Source: Octopus bimaculoides (lineage: Eukaryota). From it: a DNA stretch of 39,817 bases. How positions within the stretch are numbered: position 1 is the stretch's first letter; each line of letters begins with the position of its first letter. The stretch is taken from assembly GCF_001194135.2 (NCBI RefSeq), contig NC_068989.1, forward strand, positions 17,325,268 to 17,365,084, written 5' to 3'. Below are positions 23,160-34,945 of this stretch, piece after piece. The notes below the pieces were generated by a model. That model did not search any database, had not been told where the DNA came from, and saw only the letters and a program-made list of their open reading frames with translations. Made by a program: the position numbers and the translations under genes.

Positions 23160-23300
23160 TGTTGTTGGTATTCTGATCATGTCTACCGGTTTGAGGACAA
23201 CTTCCTTCCGCCACTCCCAGAGGCCCTGAGAGAAGTCATGGGCCTTGCCTTTCCTCTCCTGACTAAGCTTTTAAAAGATGTCTTTACTCTTAATGATTGA
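23160..23300 (+). other. Unidentified coding-like segment (CCWYSDHVYRFEDNFLPPLPEALREVMGLAFPLLTKLLKDVFTLND*); possible terminal exon or TE remnant
   Basis: Acceptor-like gtgtcttttacgcag| before an open frame, stop at 23298-23300, and AATAAA at 23356-23361. A diverged homologue lies at 33107-33205. Confidence 0.3.
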
Positions 23301-24046
23301 CTCAAATGCTGTTTTATAAACTAATGATCCAATGGGCCAGGCTCTTATCTATGAGAATAAACAACTATGATAAAGTAATGAAACTGAGTATGTGGTCAAT
23401 TCAGAGGCTGTTTCTGGTTCTTTCAGCGGTTGGTTGGTAAAAAAACTAAAATAATTCAGTGACTGATTTAGTAGTTTATCTAGTGGTAATTTAGTATTTA
23501 CTTTGGTAGTTGTATTTAGAGATAGTACGCGACAAGCAATATTTACAATATAATATTGAGAAAACGAAACAACAAATTAAGATGTTGCTGTCGTTTTTCT
23601 TGTTCTTATTTCATTTACGCACAACAGATTAGACTGGTGGGAAAAATTCCTAACATCGGGCTACAATAAGTAACCTTGGATGCCAAGAACCTTCCGAACT
23701 ACCCTAGTTGCCCCTAATAATAATGTTTTCGGGAGCAGCACCAAACTAGGTTTTATGCCTATTTCCTCTAGCCATCTTTCAAATCATTAGGAATAGTTCC
23801 TAATGCACCTATAACTACACTGATACATTTTACCTGTACTATGCATGCCCCCAGTAACTCAAAGGCTAGGTTCTGGTGCTTTGTTACTTTTTCTATACCT
23901 CTCAAGTTGACTTTCTCATCATTTGGGACTACAAAGTCAGTTACTACAAAGTCTGTTCTCTTTGTCTACTACTACCAATAAACCAGATCTTCTAGATCAT
24001 CATCATCATCATCATCATAATCATCATCATCATCATCATTATCATC

Positions 24047-24260
24047 AGGCGGTGAGCTGGCAGAATCGTTAGCAAGCCAGACAAAATGCATAGCAGCATT
24101 TCGTCTGGTTTTATGGTCTGAGTTCAAACTCCGCCGATGTCAACTTCGCCTTTCATCATCTCGGGGTTGATAAAGTAAGTATAAGTTGTGCACTGTGGCC
24201 GATGTAATCGACTTACCTACTTCCCTAAAATTTCTGGCCTTGTGCCAAAATTTGAAACTA
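24047..24260 (+). mobile_element. SINE family A
   Basis: aggcggtgagctggcagaatcgttagc…ctggccttgtgccaaaatttgaaac. Confidence 0.85.
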
Positions 24261-24360
24261 CCACCTTTTAATGCGTTAGGCAGAAAGAGGGAGGCTCGCC
24301 ATTACTGGTATACCGTTCTATGAAACTTGTTAGATGTAAATAATCTTTACAAGTATTATT

Positions 24361-24549
24361 GGTTTCAAATTTTGGTACCAGACCAGTAATTTTGGCGCGG
24401 GGGTAAGTCGATTACATCGACTCCAGTACTCCCGAGAGGTTGAAAGCAAAGTCGACCTCGGCGGTATCTGAACTCAGAACGTAAAGAAGGACGAAATGCC
24501 GCTAAGCATTTTGCCCGGCGTGCTACCGATTCTGCCAGCTCACCGCCTT
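24361..24549 (-). mobile_element. SINE family A, inverted and tail-to-tail with the previous copy
   Basis: ggtttcaaattttggtacc…cgtgctaccgattctgccagctcaccgcctt is the reverse complement of family A. Confidence 0.85.
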
Positions 24550-24819
24550 AATCTTTATAAATATTATTAAAAAGTAAATTATGTTGAACATCCTAATACT
24601 GAATTAAATACATGTCAATACGGTAAACAATATATATATTGAAATTCATAGCCAAATATATTAGATTTCTAACTTTCTAACCAGAATGACAATTTGATCG
24701 AATCAAATTTAAACTCTAATCGAAGAACGTAACTAAATATACATCGACACTCAACCGTGTTTGCTACTCCATCATTTCATATTCAAACAAATTCTTGGTT
24801 CATCAATAATAATTAAGCG

Positions 24820-25245
24820 AAACACAGAGATTCAAAAGAGAAAGTACAGTGACTCAAAAGAAGAGACAGTGACTCCATACATGGAAAACAATGACTGTAG
24901 CGGAATGGATAGACTCTTTTGATAAAGCACGGTTTCCACTATAGAGGAAAAACGTAGATTCTGTCGATATAACACAGCGACCTTATGAGGAAAACACAGT
25001 GAGTCTATAATAACAAAGTCACGCAGTAGAAGAAACACAATGACTCTACAGAAAAGAAAAAAAACAGTGATACTACAGATAAAACAGTGGACCTTTAGAT
25101 AAAAGATGGTAACTCAATTAATAAAGCAGTGTTCCAATGGACAAAACGCAGCACATCCTATAGAATAAATACAATGACTCTATAGATTTCATATAGTAAC
25201 CTTATGAATAAAACACTGTGGTCCAGTCAATATAACATTGAGGTC
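24820..25245. repeat. Degenerate ~21-24-bp minisatellite (consensus about AAAACACAGTGACTCTATAGA), continuing at about 25770-25910
   Basis: Recurrent units acagtgactc, aacaatgact, aacacagtgagtctata, aatacaatgactctataga and aacgcagtaatcctata. Confidence 0.7.
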
Positions 25246-25254
25246 CTATTAATA

Positions 25255-25455
25255 GGTATGACAGTGTAGTTAAGAAGCTCGCTTTGCAACCACGTGATTT
25301 CGGGTTCAGTTCTACTGCGTGGCAAGTGTCTTCTACAATAACCTGAGACCGAACAATACTTTGTGAGTGTATTTGGTTGACAGAAACTGAAAGAAGACCG
25401 TCGTATGCATATGTATGAATAAGTATGTATGTATGTATCTATGTATGTATGTATA

Positions 25456-25490
<35 letters not shown>

Positions 25491-25750
25491 ATGTATGTAT
25501 GTATGAGTTTATGTGTATGTTGTGTGTGTGTGTGTGTTTGTGCCGTTGTCTTTGTACCACCTCGCATTGCTTTATAACCGGTACTGGTTTGTTTATGTCT
25601 CCTTAACCTAGCGGTTCGGTACAAGAGACCGATAGAATAAATATCAGGCTTAAAAAAATGAGTACTTAGTTCGATCTGTTTGACTAAAGCCCTTCAAGGC
25701 GGTGCTTCAGCATGGCCGCAGAGCAATGACTAAAACAAGTGAAAGATACA
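25255..25750 (+). mobile_element. SINE family B, complete diverged copy inserted in an old minisatellite
   Basis: Head …gtagttaagaagctcgctttgcaaccacgtgatttcgggttcag…ggcaagtgtcttct; (TATG)n linker; tail ggcggtgcttcagcatggccgcag…aaacaagtgaaaga. Confidence 0.8.
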
Positions 25751-27373
25751 ACATAAGTGAGATACAACATAAAACCCCCTATAAATAAAACATTATGATC
25801 TTATTGATATTATATAGCGACCTTATAGATAAAACGCAGTAATCCTATAAGATATAGCATTGTAGACAAATATATAGAACATGGTGACTAGTGATTCTAC
25901 AGTGATTTCTAACACCCTATCGAAGTAGTTACCTCTGCATCTAAGTCAGATAAATAAGGGTGGATTGGGAAGGTAAATATAAAATACCATTTAGTTACAG
26001 ATTGATGCATGTTTGAATATGTCTTTGGAATTTGACACTTTGTAAGTGCAGTGACATTAATCTAACTAGAATATCTGCCCTGGTTTCCATGTGCTTTCGG
26101 TGACTGTTTGGTTATAGCGTAAAAGTTAAGAGGTCACCAGTAGTTTGAGAGGGAAACTTGAAGGAACGTCTGAACAATTTTCATTTTATGGGAAAATATC
26201 AGTCACCAGCAGATACCACTTACTGTGGAGATATAACTGATAATATTAGATACGAATCTTATTACAAACTAAGGATCTTATAATAGACAATATACGAAAT
26301 TGTTAACCAATTGACATAATATAGCAAATTTAACAACCAGGAAATAATCGACGCTTATGATTCCTGTTATTGAGGATAAACATAGTAATACATTGTTTTC
26401 TAATGGCTGCTATCTCAACTGGTTTTATCAGAATAATGTAAAGTCTTCATAAGAAGACGATCTGGAAATACTCATCTAATTCATTGTCGTGACAATCGTT
26501 TTGTCATTGAATAATATTTCCGTTAGAGAAGTTAGTTTACATAAACAAGTCTATCTCTGACGCAAAAGTTAGCAGATTAGTTGTTTGTATGTGACAAGGA
26601 TCACGAACTGACACCTAATTATATTCTACTGTAAGTATCAACATGTGAAATTATTTCTTGAGCAAGAGACTTTTAAAATTCTGAATGGGAAATGGTTTGC
26701 TAGTATAGATTCTAAGAAAAGTAGAGAGGCTGCGATATGTGATATATTTCTTCAGTTAGTTGAAATCTGTTTTACATTCAATGAACGTTACACAGTGGGG
26801 AGACCTATAACTTGCTATGTTCATAATTGTAAGACTCGTGAAGTATTATAGCTGAAGTAGGGTAAGTTATAGCCTATAAATATTATAGTTACACGATCCA
26901 TAACTTACTTTGCTCGTAGAGACACTGCTAACGACTTTTTCAAAGGAAACCAAAACGTGTCAACGTTGTGTAAACCTATCCGTCCCAAAGCTAAACTAAC
27001 CGGATCATTTAACAGAATATTGTACAATAACAAAACACTTCACAATTATGCAGTAACTGGAACGGTATTTAGTTGTATCTTTCACAGTATCTGCATATAG
27101 CATGATGGAATCGTTGTCACAGAGAGTTTGCCATATTAGGTCTGTGTAGCGCTAGTATTTCCTTGCATCGCTTGGCTGACATCCTAAGCCATCAAGTTCC
27201 CGTCACTCTAGGTATTAATATCATAAGGTCCAGAATGCAAACTCTGATTGAAAACCATGTTCAATGCGCTCGAGATGTAGTGGATAAAAGGACATTACAA
27301 TACGAAACTTTAACTCTTCTTCCAGTAGATCGACACTTTAAAGATTAGGCCAGCTGTAAGTACTTGCTTAGAT

Positions 27374-27720
27374 CAAGGGTTCTCAACCACTTTTCATCCA
27401 TGGACCACTTTGATTACTATTTTATTGTGGTGGACCCCATAACCATTCGATGGTTAAAGATTAGTTTTGTAGAAGCTTCTTTCAAAACTCCTATTTTGTT
27501 TTTCGTACATTAACTTCTGTAGTTTAAAGTATCTAAAATGTTAAAGAAAGAAACCTAGCTGTTTCTTGCAATATATACCAATATATACATCTAAATCGAA
27601 ATTTTTTCATGGGCCCTTAAAATACACTTGTGGATTCCCAATTTACTACTTTGTTGCGTAGATCCTCAAAATTCTATATGGACCCTGAGGGGCTATATGA
27701 ACCCTGGTTGAGAACCACTG
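27374..27720. mobile_element. hAT (Charlie-like) MITE, 347 bp
   Basis: TIRs are CAAGGGTTCTCAACC and GGTTGAGAACCACTG. The 8-bp TSD is gcttagat (27366-27373) / gtttagat (27721-27728), 7 of 8 identical. There is no coding capacity. Confidence 0.88.
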
Positions 27721-28206
27721 GTTTAGATCAATAAAAGTTTTTCATCATTATTTCTGGATATCAACATGGACGGTCACTCTAATCCGTCATTCCTAAGTGT
27801 ATGCCAGTGTCAAAACAACCGCACAAACACGTCTCTATATAGGAGTCAAATAACGCCACTTACCATTACTAATAAATATTGTTTAATATAATGGGATGTG
27901 GAAGAGTGCTCTTATCTGTTTATTTTTGCTGTCGGCCTTCTCTATGTCTTATTTTTATTTCATTAACACCATAGAAGTCCATAATTATCATTAATAATGA
28001 TAGGTTCTATGAGTAATAATCATACCTCGTATTTTTAATTGCTGGGACAATATTGCTTTTGTTCTGTTCGAATATATTCCCATTTAAATCCTGCTGTTAT
28101 CTCACAGAGAATATTTAGCTAATGGCATTTTGCTTTTATAGTGGTGTAAAGCAGAACTGCAAGAATGTCGAACGAAGTGCATTGCAGGATTTAGCTATGT
28201 CCCTTT

Positions 28207-28785
28207 CAGTGGCGGCTCGTTTATAGGCACTGCGGAACTGCAACACCCCCTACTTTCACTCGATATTATCGATAACATTCAATATAATGAGTCCTTTTTT
28301 TCTTTAATTCTTTCTTTATAATTGTACGTCATATAATCCTTAAGCTTAATGTCAGTAGCCATCCCCTAGTTTATGAAAACAATACAGAAGTCTTTGTATA
28401 GAACTGTGCGCTTCACAGTTCCAGCGACGCGGTGTTTGACTGTTGTGCGCACGCTCACATGCCCGAGATAGGAAGCTTCACGCTAGGGAGAGAGAGCACT
28501 ATCGTTCACGCAGTGCCGGTGAAAGGTAGTGTTTCTTTTTGACTCCGCGTGTGTTGTGCTTAAAAACGTTGTTTATATTCTTGAATGTGATAAAGCGTAG
28601 AATTAGATTATTATCCTGCTTCCAGCTTCAGTGTTCCGCCAGAATTTGAAAAATAGGACAGATTCCCACCCCCCCTTATTTTCTGATTTAGGGGGGATTT
28701 TTGAAAAACAAGAGGAAGTTCGCGGCAGTATTCAATGAAAAAATTAAACACACTACCCGGCAGTGTCTAAAACGCGACCCCAGGA
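28207..28785 (+). mobile_element. Probable 5' end of a DNA transposon (hAT-like), truncated by a SINE
   Basis: Starts CAGTGGCGGCTCGT, a typical hAT-type terminus, followed by a CpG-richer non-coding stretch. No partner TIR was found in the window. Confidence 0.35.
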
Positions 28786-29112
28786 CTTATTCTTTGTAAG
28801 CCTAGTATTTATTCTATCGGTCTCTTTTGCCGAACCGCTAGGTTACGGGGACGTAAACACACCAGCATCAGTTGTCAAGCGATGGTTNNNNNNNNNNNNN
28901 NNNNNNNNNNNNNNNNNNNNNNNNNNNNNNNNNNNNNNNNNNNNNNNNNNNNNNNNNNNNNNNNNNNNNNNNNNNNNNNNNCAGACACACAAACACACAT
29001 ACATATATATATATATACATATATACGACAGGCTTCTTTCAGTTTCCGTCTACCAAATACACTCACAAGGCTTTGGTCGGCCCGAGGCTATAGTAGAAGA
29101 CACTTGCCCAAG
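28780..29112 (-). mobile_element. SINE family B spanning a gap, 5'-truncated
   Basis: ccccaggacttattctttgtaagcctagt…; cgacaggcttctttcagtttccgtctacc…gacacttgcccaag. Confidence 0.85.
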
Positions 29113-29978
29113 ATATATATTTATATTATTATTATTATGATTTTTCAACTTTTGCCGTTGTTGCTGCTGTTGCTGTTGTTGATGTAATTGTTTAACATTA
29201 AGTCTACCCTGATACAAGGTATTCCAACTACGACCATACCATCTTATTTTCAGGTTTAGAGTATCTAAAGCTACATTTTCTAATCTTTCCTCCCTTATTT
29301 TGGCTGAGGGGGGGATAGACTTAGTTACTATTTCGAGAAAATCGAGCGACCACTTAGAGGCTCTGTTATTGCCTTCCCCTCCGTGGTAGATCAAATAAAT
29401 ACTAACCATGTACAGGGATCGATGTAACCATCTTTAGTCCAGTTCCACAAATACATTGTAGATCAAATATATACTAACCAAGTATAGTGATCGATGCAAC
29501 CATCAATATTCCCCCTCTACAAACGCATGGCTTTTGTGTTGATGTCAGGAATCAATAACAGACGTAGTGCAATAGTGGAAACAGCAGAAAACCGAACTGA
29601 ATAATTTGTGGTGTTTAGTTAACTTCTTTGTGGTTTTTACATGGTCTTTTATCCCGTTCAGTATAGGTAAAAATGAATGCCGCTTACGTAACTGGACCGA
29701 TGTAAATGACGAAACACGTGACTACATACAACTTCTTTGTCAATGGCACAGTACCGTTGCTAACGGAAACTGTACAGTTGCTAATGGAAAATGTATAGCT
29801 ACTAAAAAAAACAGAACAGTTGTCTGCACTTTTGACAGCGGAAAACTTCGTCCCGCTGCACCAATAGTTGCCAACGTTTCTGCAACCCCAACTACCTCCC
29901 CCCCCCCACACACACACATATAGACACAGCTATGTTTAAAGTACCCAATACTTTTTTTGACATTATTTGCTAATAGTG

Positions 29979-30195
29979 AAGGCGTCGAGCTGGCAGAATC
30001 GCTAGCACGCCGGACGAAATGCTTGTCGGTATTTCGTCTGCCGCTACGTTCTGAGTTCAAATTCTGCCGAGGTCGACTTTGCCTTTCATCCTTTCGGGGT
30101 CGATAAATTAAGTACCAGTTGTGTACTGGGGTAGATGTAATCGACTGGCCCCTTCCCTGCCAAATTTCAGGGTTTATACCTATAATAGAAAGGAT
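29979..30195 (+). mobile_element. SINE family A
   Basis: aaggcgtcgagctggcagaatcgctagcacg…ccaaatttcagggtttatacctataatagaaagg. Confidence 0.85.
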
Positions 30196-30229
30196 TATTT
30201 GCCAATAGTATTAAATTTCAAGTCTTGTG

Positions 30230-30720
30230 ACATCCCTAACTGCCGATTATGACATCCCGGTTGGAAACCACAGCTCTAAGAAATAGCTCTTAATCTGCTT
30301 GAAATAGTGACTAAATCTTCCTTAAATCATATCCTACCATCTGAAAGGAAGAATGCATTACATAACGTAGCTCTGAATTCCACTAGACAAGCGATATGGT
30401 CATGGTCGGAATGTCTTTGGTCGTATGTCTAGAGGATATCAGGGTTGATCTGGAGTAAAACTATAATAAAAGTATCATATGCAGAACTGAGAAGCCAACG
30501 AGAGAGTCACATCGTGAACGCATATCGAACCCGAAACAACAGACAAATTCCTTTCAAAATCACATCCTACTGTCTTCAGAATAAAATGATTGCTTGAATA
30601 TGTTGCTCCATAAGTCATAACTGCAAATTCAACACCTGACAAATAGACTCTGGTCATCAGTGACTATAGGCTCTGCTCACTCAGGGTTGATCAAGAGCTA
30701 AGTAACATGAAAGCAAAAAA
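30230..30720 (+). repeat. Older dispersed repeat (family E), two partial copies; related pieces at about 2340-2490 and 33960-34200
   Basis: Shared blocks ctgctt/agaaatagc…aaatct.cct.aaatcac…, agacaag/gggatggtca.g.c.ggaat.tcttt and gatcagggttgatc recur at these loci. Confidence 0.5.
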
Positions 30721-30944
30721 AGAAGAAAACCCAAACAAAAACAAAAAGAACATGACGACCCATTTCACGTCTCCTTGAAATGGCCGAGTTCATTTTTAGT
30801 TTTATCTGCTGCCATATGCAAGAGTTTGTTTACTGTGAAGATGATATACTGCCAAAGCAAAAATGATATAAATAGGTTGGTGTAATATTATCCGTTTGTA
30901 AGGTGATATCGTAAGCTGAGATACTGTAAAGTGAGACCACTGAT

Positions 30945-30988
30945 CAACCAAACCAAACCAAACCAGACCAAACCAAACCAGACCAAAC
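30945..30988. repeat. (AACCA)n pentanucleotide microsatellite
   Basis: aaccaaaccaaaccaaaccagaccaaaccaaaccagaccaaacc. Confidence 0.9.
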
Positions 30989-31769
30989 CCTTCATTGTCA
31001 AACATTGGAATAGTATGGAATGTACTAAGATATGTGTGTGCGTATGCCTTATATATATANNNNNNNNNNNNNNNNNNNNNNNNNNNNNNNNNNNNNNNNN
31101 NNNNNNNNNNNNNNNNNNNNNNNNNNNNNNNNNNNNNNNNNNNNNNNNNNNNNNNNNNNNNNNNNNNNNNNNNNNNNNNNNNNNNNNNNNNNNNNNNNNN
31201 NNNNNNNNNNNNNNNNNNNNNNNNNNNNNNNNNNNNNNNNNNNNNNNNNNNNNNNNNNNNNNNNNNNNNNNNNNNNNNNNNNNNNNNNNNNNNNNNNNNN
31301 NNNNNNNNNNNNNNNNNNNNNNNNNNNNNNNNNNNNNNNNNNNNNNNNNNNNNNNNNNNNNNNNNNNNNNNNNNNNNNNNNNNNNNNNNNNNNNNNNNNN
31401 NNNNNNNNNNNNNNNNNNNNNNNNNNNNNNNNNNNNNNNNNNNNNNNNNNNNNNNNNNNNNNNNNNNNNNNNNNNNNNNNNNNNNNNNNNNNNNNNNNNN
31501 NNNNNNNNNNNNNNNNNNNNNNNNNNNNNNNNNNNNNNNNNNNNNNNNNNNNNNNNNNNNNNNNNNNNNNNNNNNNNNNNNNNNNNNNNNNNNNNNNNNN
31601 NNNNNNNNNNNNNNNNNNNNNNNNNNNNNNNNNNNNNNNNNNNNNNNNNNNNNNNNNNNNNNNNNNNNNNNNNNNNNNNNNNNNNNNNNNNNNNNNNNNN
31701 NNNNNNNNNNNNNNNNNNNNNNNNNNNNNNNNNNNNNNNNNNNNNNNNNNNNNNNNNNNNACTACTGTT

Positions 31770-31832
<63 letters not shown>

Positions 31833-31847
31833 GTAATAGTAATAGTA

Positions 31848-31910
<63 letters not shown>

Positions 31911-32020
31911 GTAATAGTAATAGTAATAGTAATAGTAATAATAATAATAATTATAATAATAATAATAATAATTATTATTATTATTATTATTATTGTTGTT
32001 GTTGTTGTTATTGTTGTTAT
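31770..32020. repeat. Compound (AAT)n/(AATAGT)n/(ATT)n/(GTT)n microsatellite
   Basis: Directly visible. It contains an (AAT)n-to-(ATT)n strand switch near 31970. Confidence 0.95.
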
Positions 32021-32752
32021 TTATATAATTACTTTTATCTCTAAACCTACTGAGTTTCAGCGCTTCATTATAATAATGGGTCGCTTTGTTGAAGGAAGAT
32101 ATATATCGGATGAAATACTGGATAACCGAATACTAATATTTTTCACTAGATTATTTATAACAGCAGGCGGGATGTTTAAAGAGATGTTTATGTAGGATTA
32201 CTTTTCTTTTGGCTTCCTAAATGGCATTTCTTTGTTTCTAAATCAAAAGTGATATCTAAAAATTTAGCTATATAGTTTTTTTTGTCTCAACTGTAGTTTT
32301 TAGATGTAAGTCTTTAAATAACTCAAAAATTCTCATTTGTTTCCCCCTTTTTTTAATATTTTGAGGATAGAAAAATGGGGTTTCGTGACTGATTCATTTC
32401 GTAAAAACAATAACATTTAAAGTGAAAAGCATTGGCTCTCATTCATGAATCAAAACTGCCATTCGACTTCTGATTTAAGAATATTTTGATTCCTAACATT
32501 GGCACAAGAACAGCCATTTTAAGGAAGAACACGTGTCAAATTGAAACCGGTACGTGGTTGGTATTTTATTTGATGTAAAAATATATTACAATTTGATAAT
32601 CAGTAATCAGTATTTTGAGGTGATTATTATTAATTCTATGTTCTTGACAAAGACCTGAACATCACTAATTCTCCCTGCAGGTCTATAAAAAAAATTAACT
32701 TTAAACCGAACTTAAATTTTATGTTGATGAATTGAATTATTATAAAAAAAAC

Positions 32753-33030
32753 TGGCGCTCCGTCGGTTACCGCGATGGGGGTTCCAGTTGATCCGATCAA
32801 CGGAACAGCCTGTTCCTGAAATGAACGTGCAAGTGTTCGAGCATGCGTACTTTTACAGCGGTTCTGAAGGAGATTCAGCGTGACACAGCATGTGACGAGG
32901 CTGGCCCTTTGAATTACTGGTACAACTCATTTTTGCCAGCGAAGTGTCCTGGAGCAACGTGAAATAAACTGTCGTACTCTAGGACACAACACGCAGCCTG
33001 GAATCGAACCGAATACTCCAACCACTAATC
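32753..33030 (-). mobile_element. SINE family C, diverged and internally deleted
   Basis: ggcgctccgtcggttacc…gttccagttgatccgatcaacggaacagcctg…gattcagcgtgacacag is the reverse complement of the family C tail. Confidence 0.75.
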
Positions 33031-33106
33031 CATGTGACTTCACAGTTTAGCACTATACTTGGTCCCTCTGTGCCATTGGTGAGGTCCACTCTTTTGTACA
33101 AATTCC

Positions 33107-33205
33107 GGCCTCTGGTATGAGGATAACTACCTCGTTCCCCAACCAATATAGAAGGCCCTGAGAGAGTGCATGAACATTGCCATTCTTCCACTGACTGTCA
33201 TGTAG
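33107..33205 (+). pseudogene. Degenerate paralogue of the 23160-23300 segment (GLWYEDNYLVPQPI*KALRECMNIAILPLTVM*)
   Basis: Shares EDN-x-L, P-x-P, ALRE-x-M, A and LT with the 23.2-kb copy, with synonymous third-position differences. It has an in-frame TAG at 33149-33151. Confidence 0.35.
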
Positions 33206-34206
33206 AATATAAAATGAGCTTTAAGTGATCAACTCAGATGGTCCAAGCATCAGACGTAAAACTTCGATGCTCACATCCTGAAGGCACCACGCTATAAAGT
33301 AGTTCATTATACTGCGTCCATGACCTCGATACTTAAATATCAAAGGTCCAGTCCACCTAACTGTAAATAAGAAACACAGTGTTATTTATTTCACTATAGT
33401 CTTAGCTGTCAACAGCTCAATCCACGTTGCTCTACGTAGAGACCACAGTATAGTATAGTTCACTGTAATGCGTCGATAGCTAAGATATATAACAAATAGC
33501 GTTTCAGCCCAGCTTGCCGTAAGAAGGTACTACTTTGTGGTTTTGTTAACTGTCCAGTGTCCACAGTCAGGAATACTTAAATATCAACATTCCAGTTCAC
33601 CCGGTTGTAAATATGTTTCATGTTTAAACAGCGGCAGGGTTGTAACATTGATGAGTGTTGGGTTCAGTTCGTGTTGAGAACTCAGCACATGGCAGAAACA
33701 CTAACATCTCGGATTTGAGTTCATTTTTATCACCACCACTCCATGTGGCCTCAAAATTGAGCAAATCAGTACAAATAAAAAAGAGCTACCGGGGTCAACG
33801 AGGTGTTGGGGATTAGCAAAATGTATAAGGTTCAGACGTTTTTGAGTGCATATCCTGCTTATCAGGTGTTGATTTTCTTATCAATTACCAATCATTGTAA
33901 TTGAGGTCGATTTAATTGACTATAACTGTCAGCACCCTACAAATGTGAGTCGTTGTTTCAGAGACTACTATTAAGGAGTATCCTTACATGGCCAAACTAT
34001 CTGCTAGAAATAGCTGCTAAATCTCTTTCAGAACACACTTTATTGCCTTAAAAAGGAAAGGCATATTAGATAATGGAATTAGATAATGAAATCCTAGATA
34101 CATACTATGTCAGAATATAAGACAAGATGGTCAGAAACGGAACGTTTTATAAGGCCCTCTAGATGAGGACTGACCCGGATGTAACAGGCCTATGCTAACA
34201 ACAACA

Positions 34207-34237
<31 letters not shown>

Positions 34238-34473
34238 CAACAACAACAACAGGCAACAACAGACAACATATCCTTGTAAGTGAAATACTTAAGGGCATGT
34301 GTGAGCACGCACACATGCACACTAACAGGTGTATGTAGATATGTTTCGTTAAATTCGAAGCTAGTGCATCCGTATGTATGTGGGTGCGTGCGTGCGTGCA
34401 TGTTGTGTGTACATATGCATAGATATACATATATGTGTCCGTTTGTGTTGTGTGTACATATACATATACGTAC

Positions 34474-34506
<33 letters not shown>

Positions 34507-34562
34507 TGTATGTATGTGTGTATGTATGTATGTATGTATGTATGTATGTATGTATGTATGTA

Positions 34563-34945
34563 GTGGAGGCGCAATGGCCCAGTGGTTAGGGCAGCGGACT
34601 CGCGGTCATAGGATCGCAGTTTTGATTCCCAGACCGGGCGTTGTGAGTGTTTATTGAGCGAAAACACCTAAAGCTCCACGAGGCTCCGGCAGGGGAGGGT
34701 GGCGAACCCTGTTGTACTCTTTCGCCACAACTTTCTCTCACGCTTTCTTCCTGTTTCTGTTGTGCCTGTATTTCAAAGGGCCAGCCTTGTCACACTGTGT
34801 CACGCTGAATATCCCCGAGAACTACGTTTAGGGTACACGTGTCTGTGGAGTGCTCAGCCACTTGCACGTTAATTTCACGAGCAGGCTGTGCCGTTGATCG
34901 GATCAACTGGAACCCTCGACGTCGTAAGCGAAGGAGTGCCAACAA
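34563..34945 (+). mobile_element. SINE family C (tRNA-derived), complete
   Basis: Head GGAGGCGCAATGGCCCAGTGGTTAGGGCAGCGGACTCGCGG…TTTGATTCCC (A/B-box-like); tail …ccgttgatcggatcaactggaaccctcg…gagtgccaac. Flanked by (TATG)n. Confidence 0.85.

Noticed and set aside
24820-25245. CRISPR-like array
   Set aside because: The units are degenerate tandem repeats without unique spacers, the context is eukaryotic, and there are no cas genes.
27106-27348. 80-codon plus-strand open frame (…HRLADILSHQVPVTLGINIIRSRMQ…)
   Set aside because: It has no ATG context, recognisable motif or convincing splice sites, and its length is within chance expectation.
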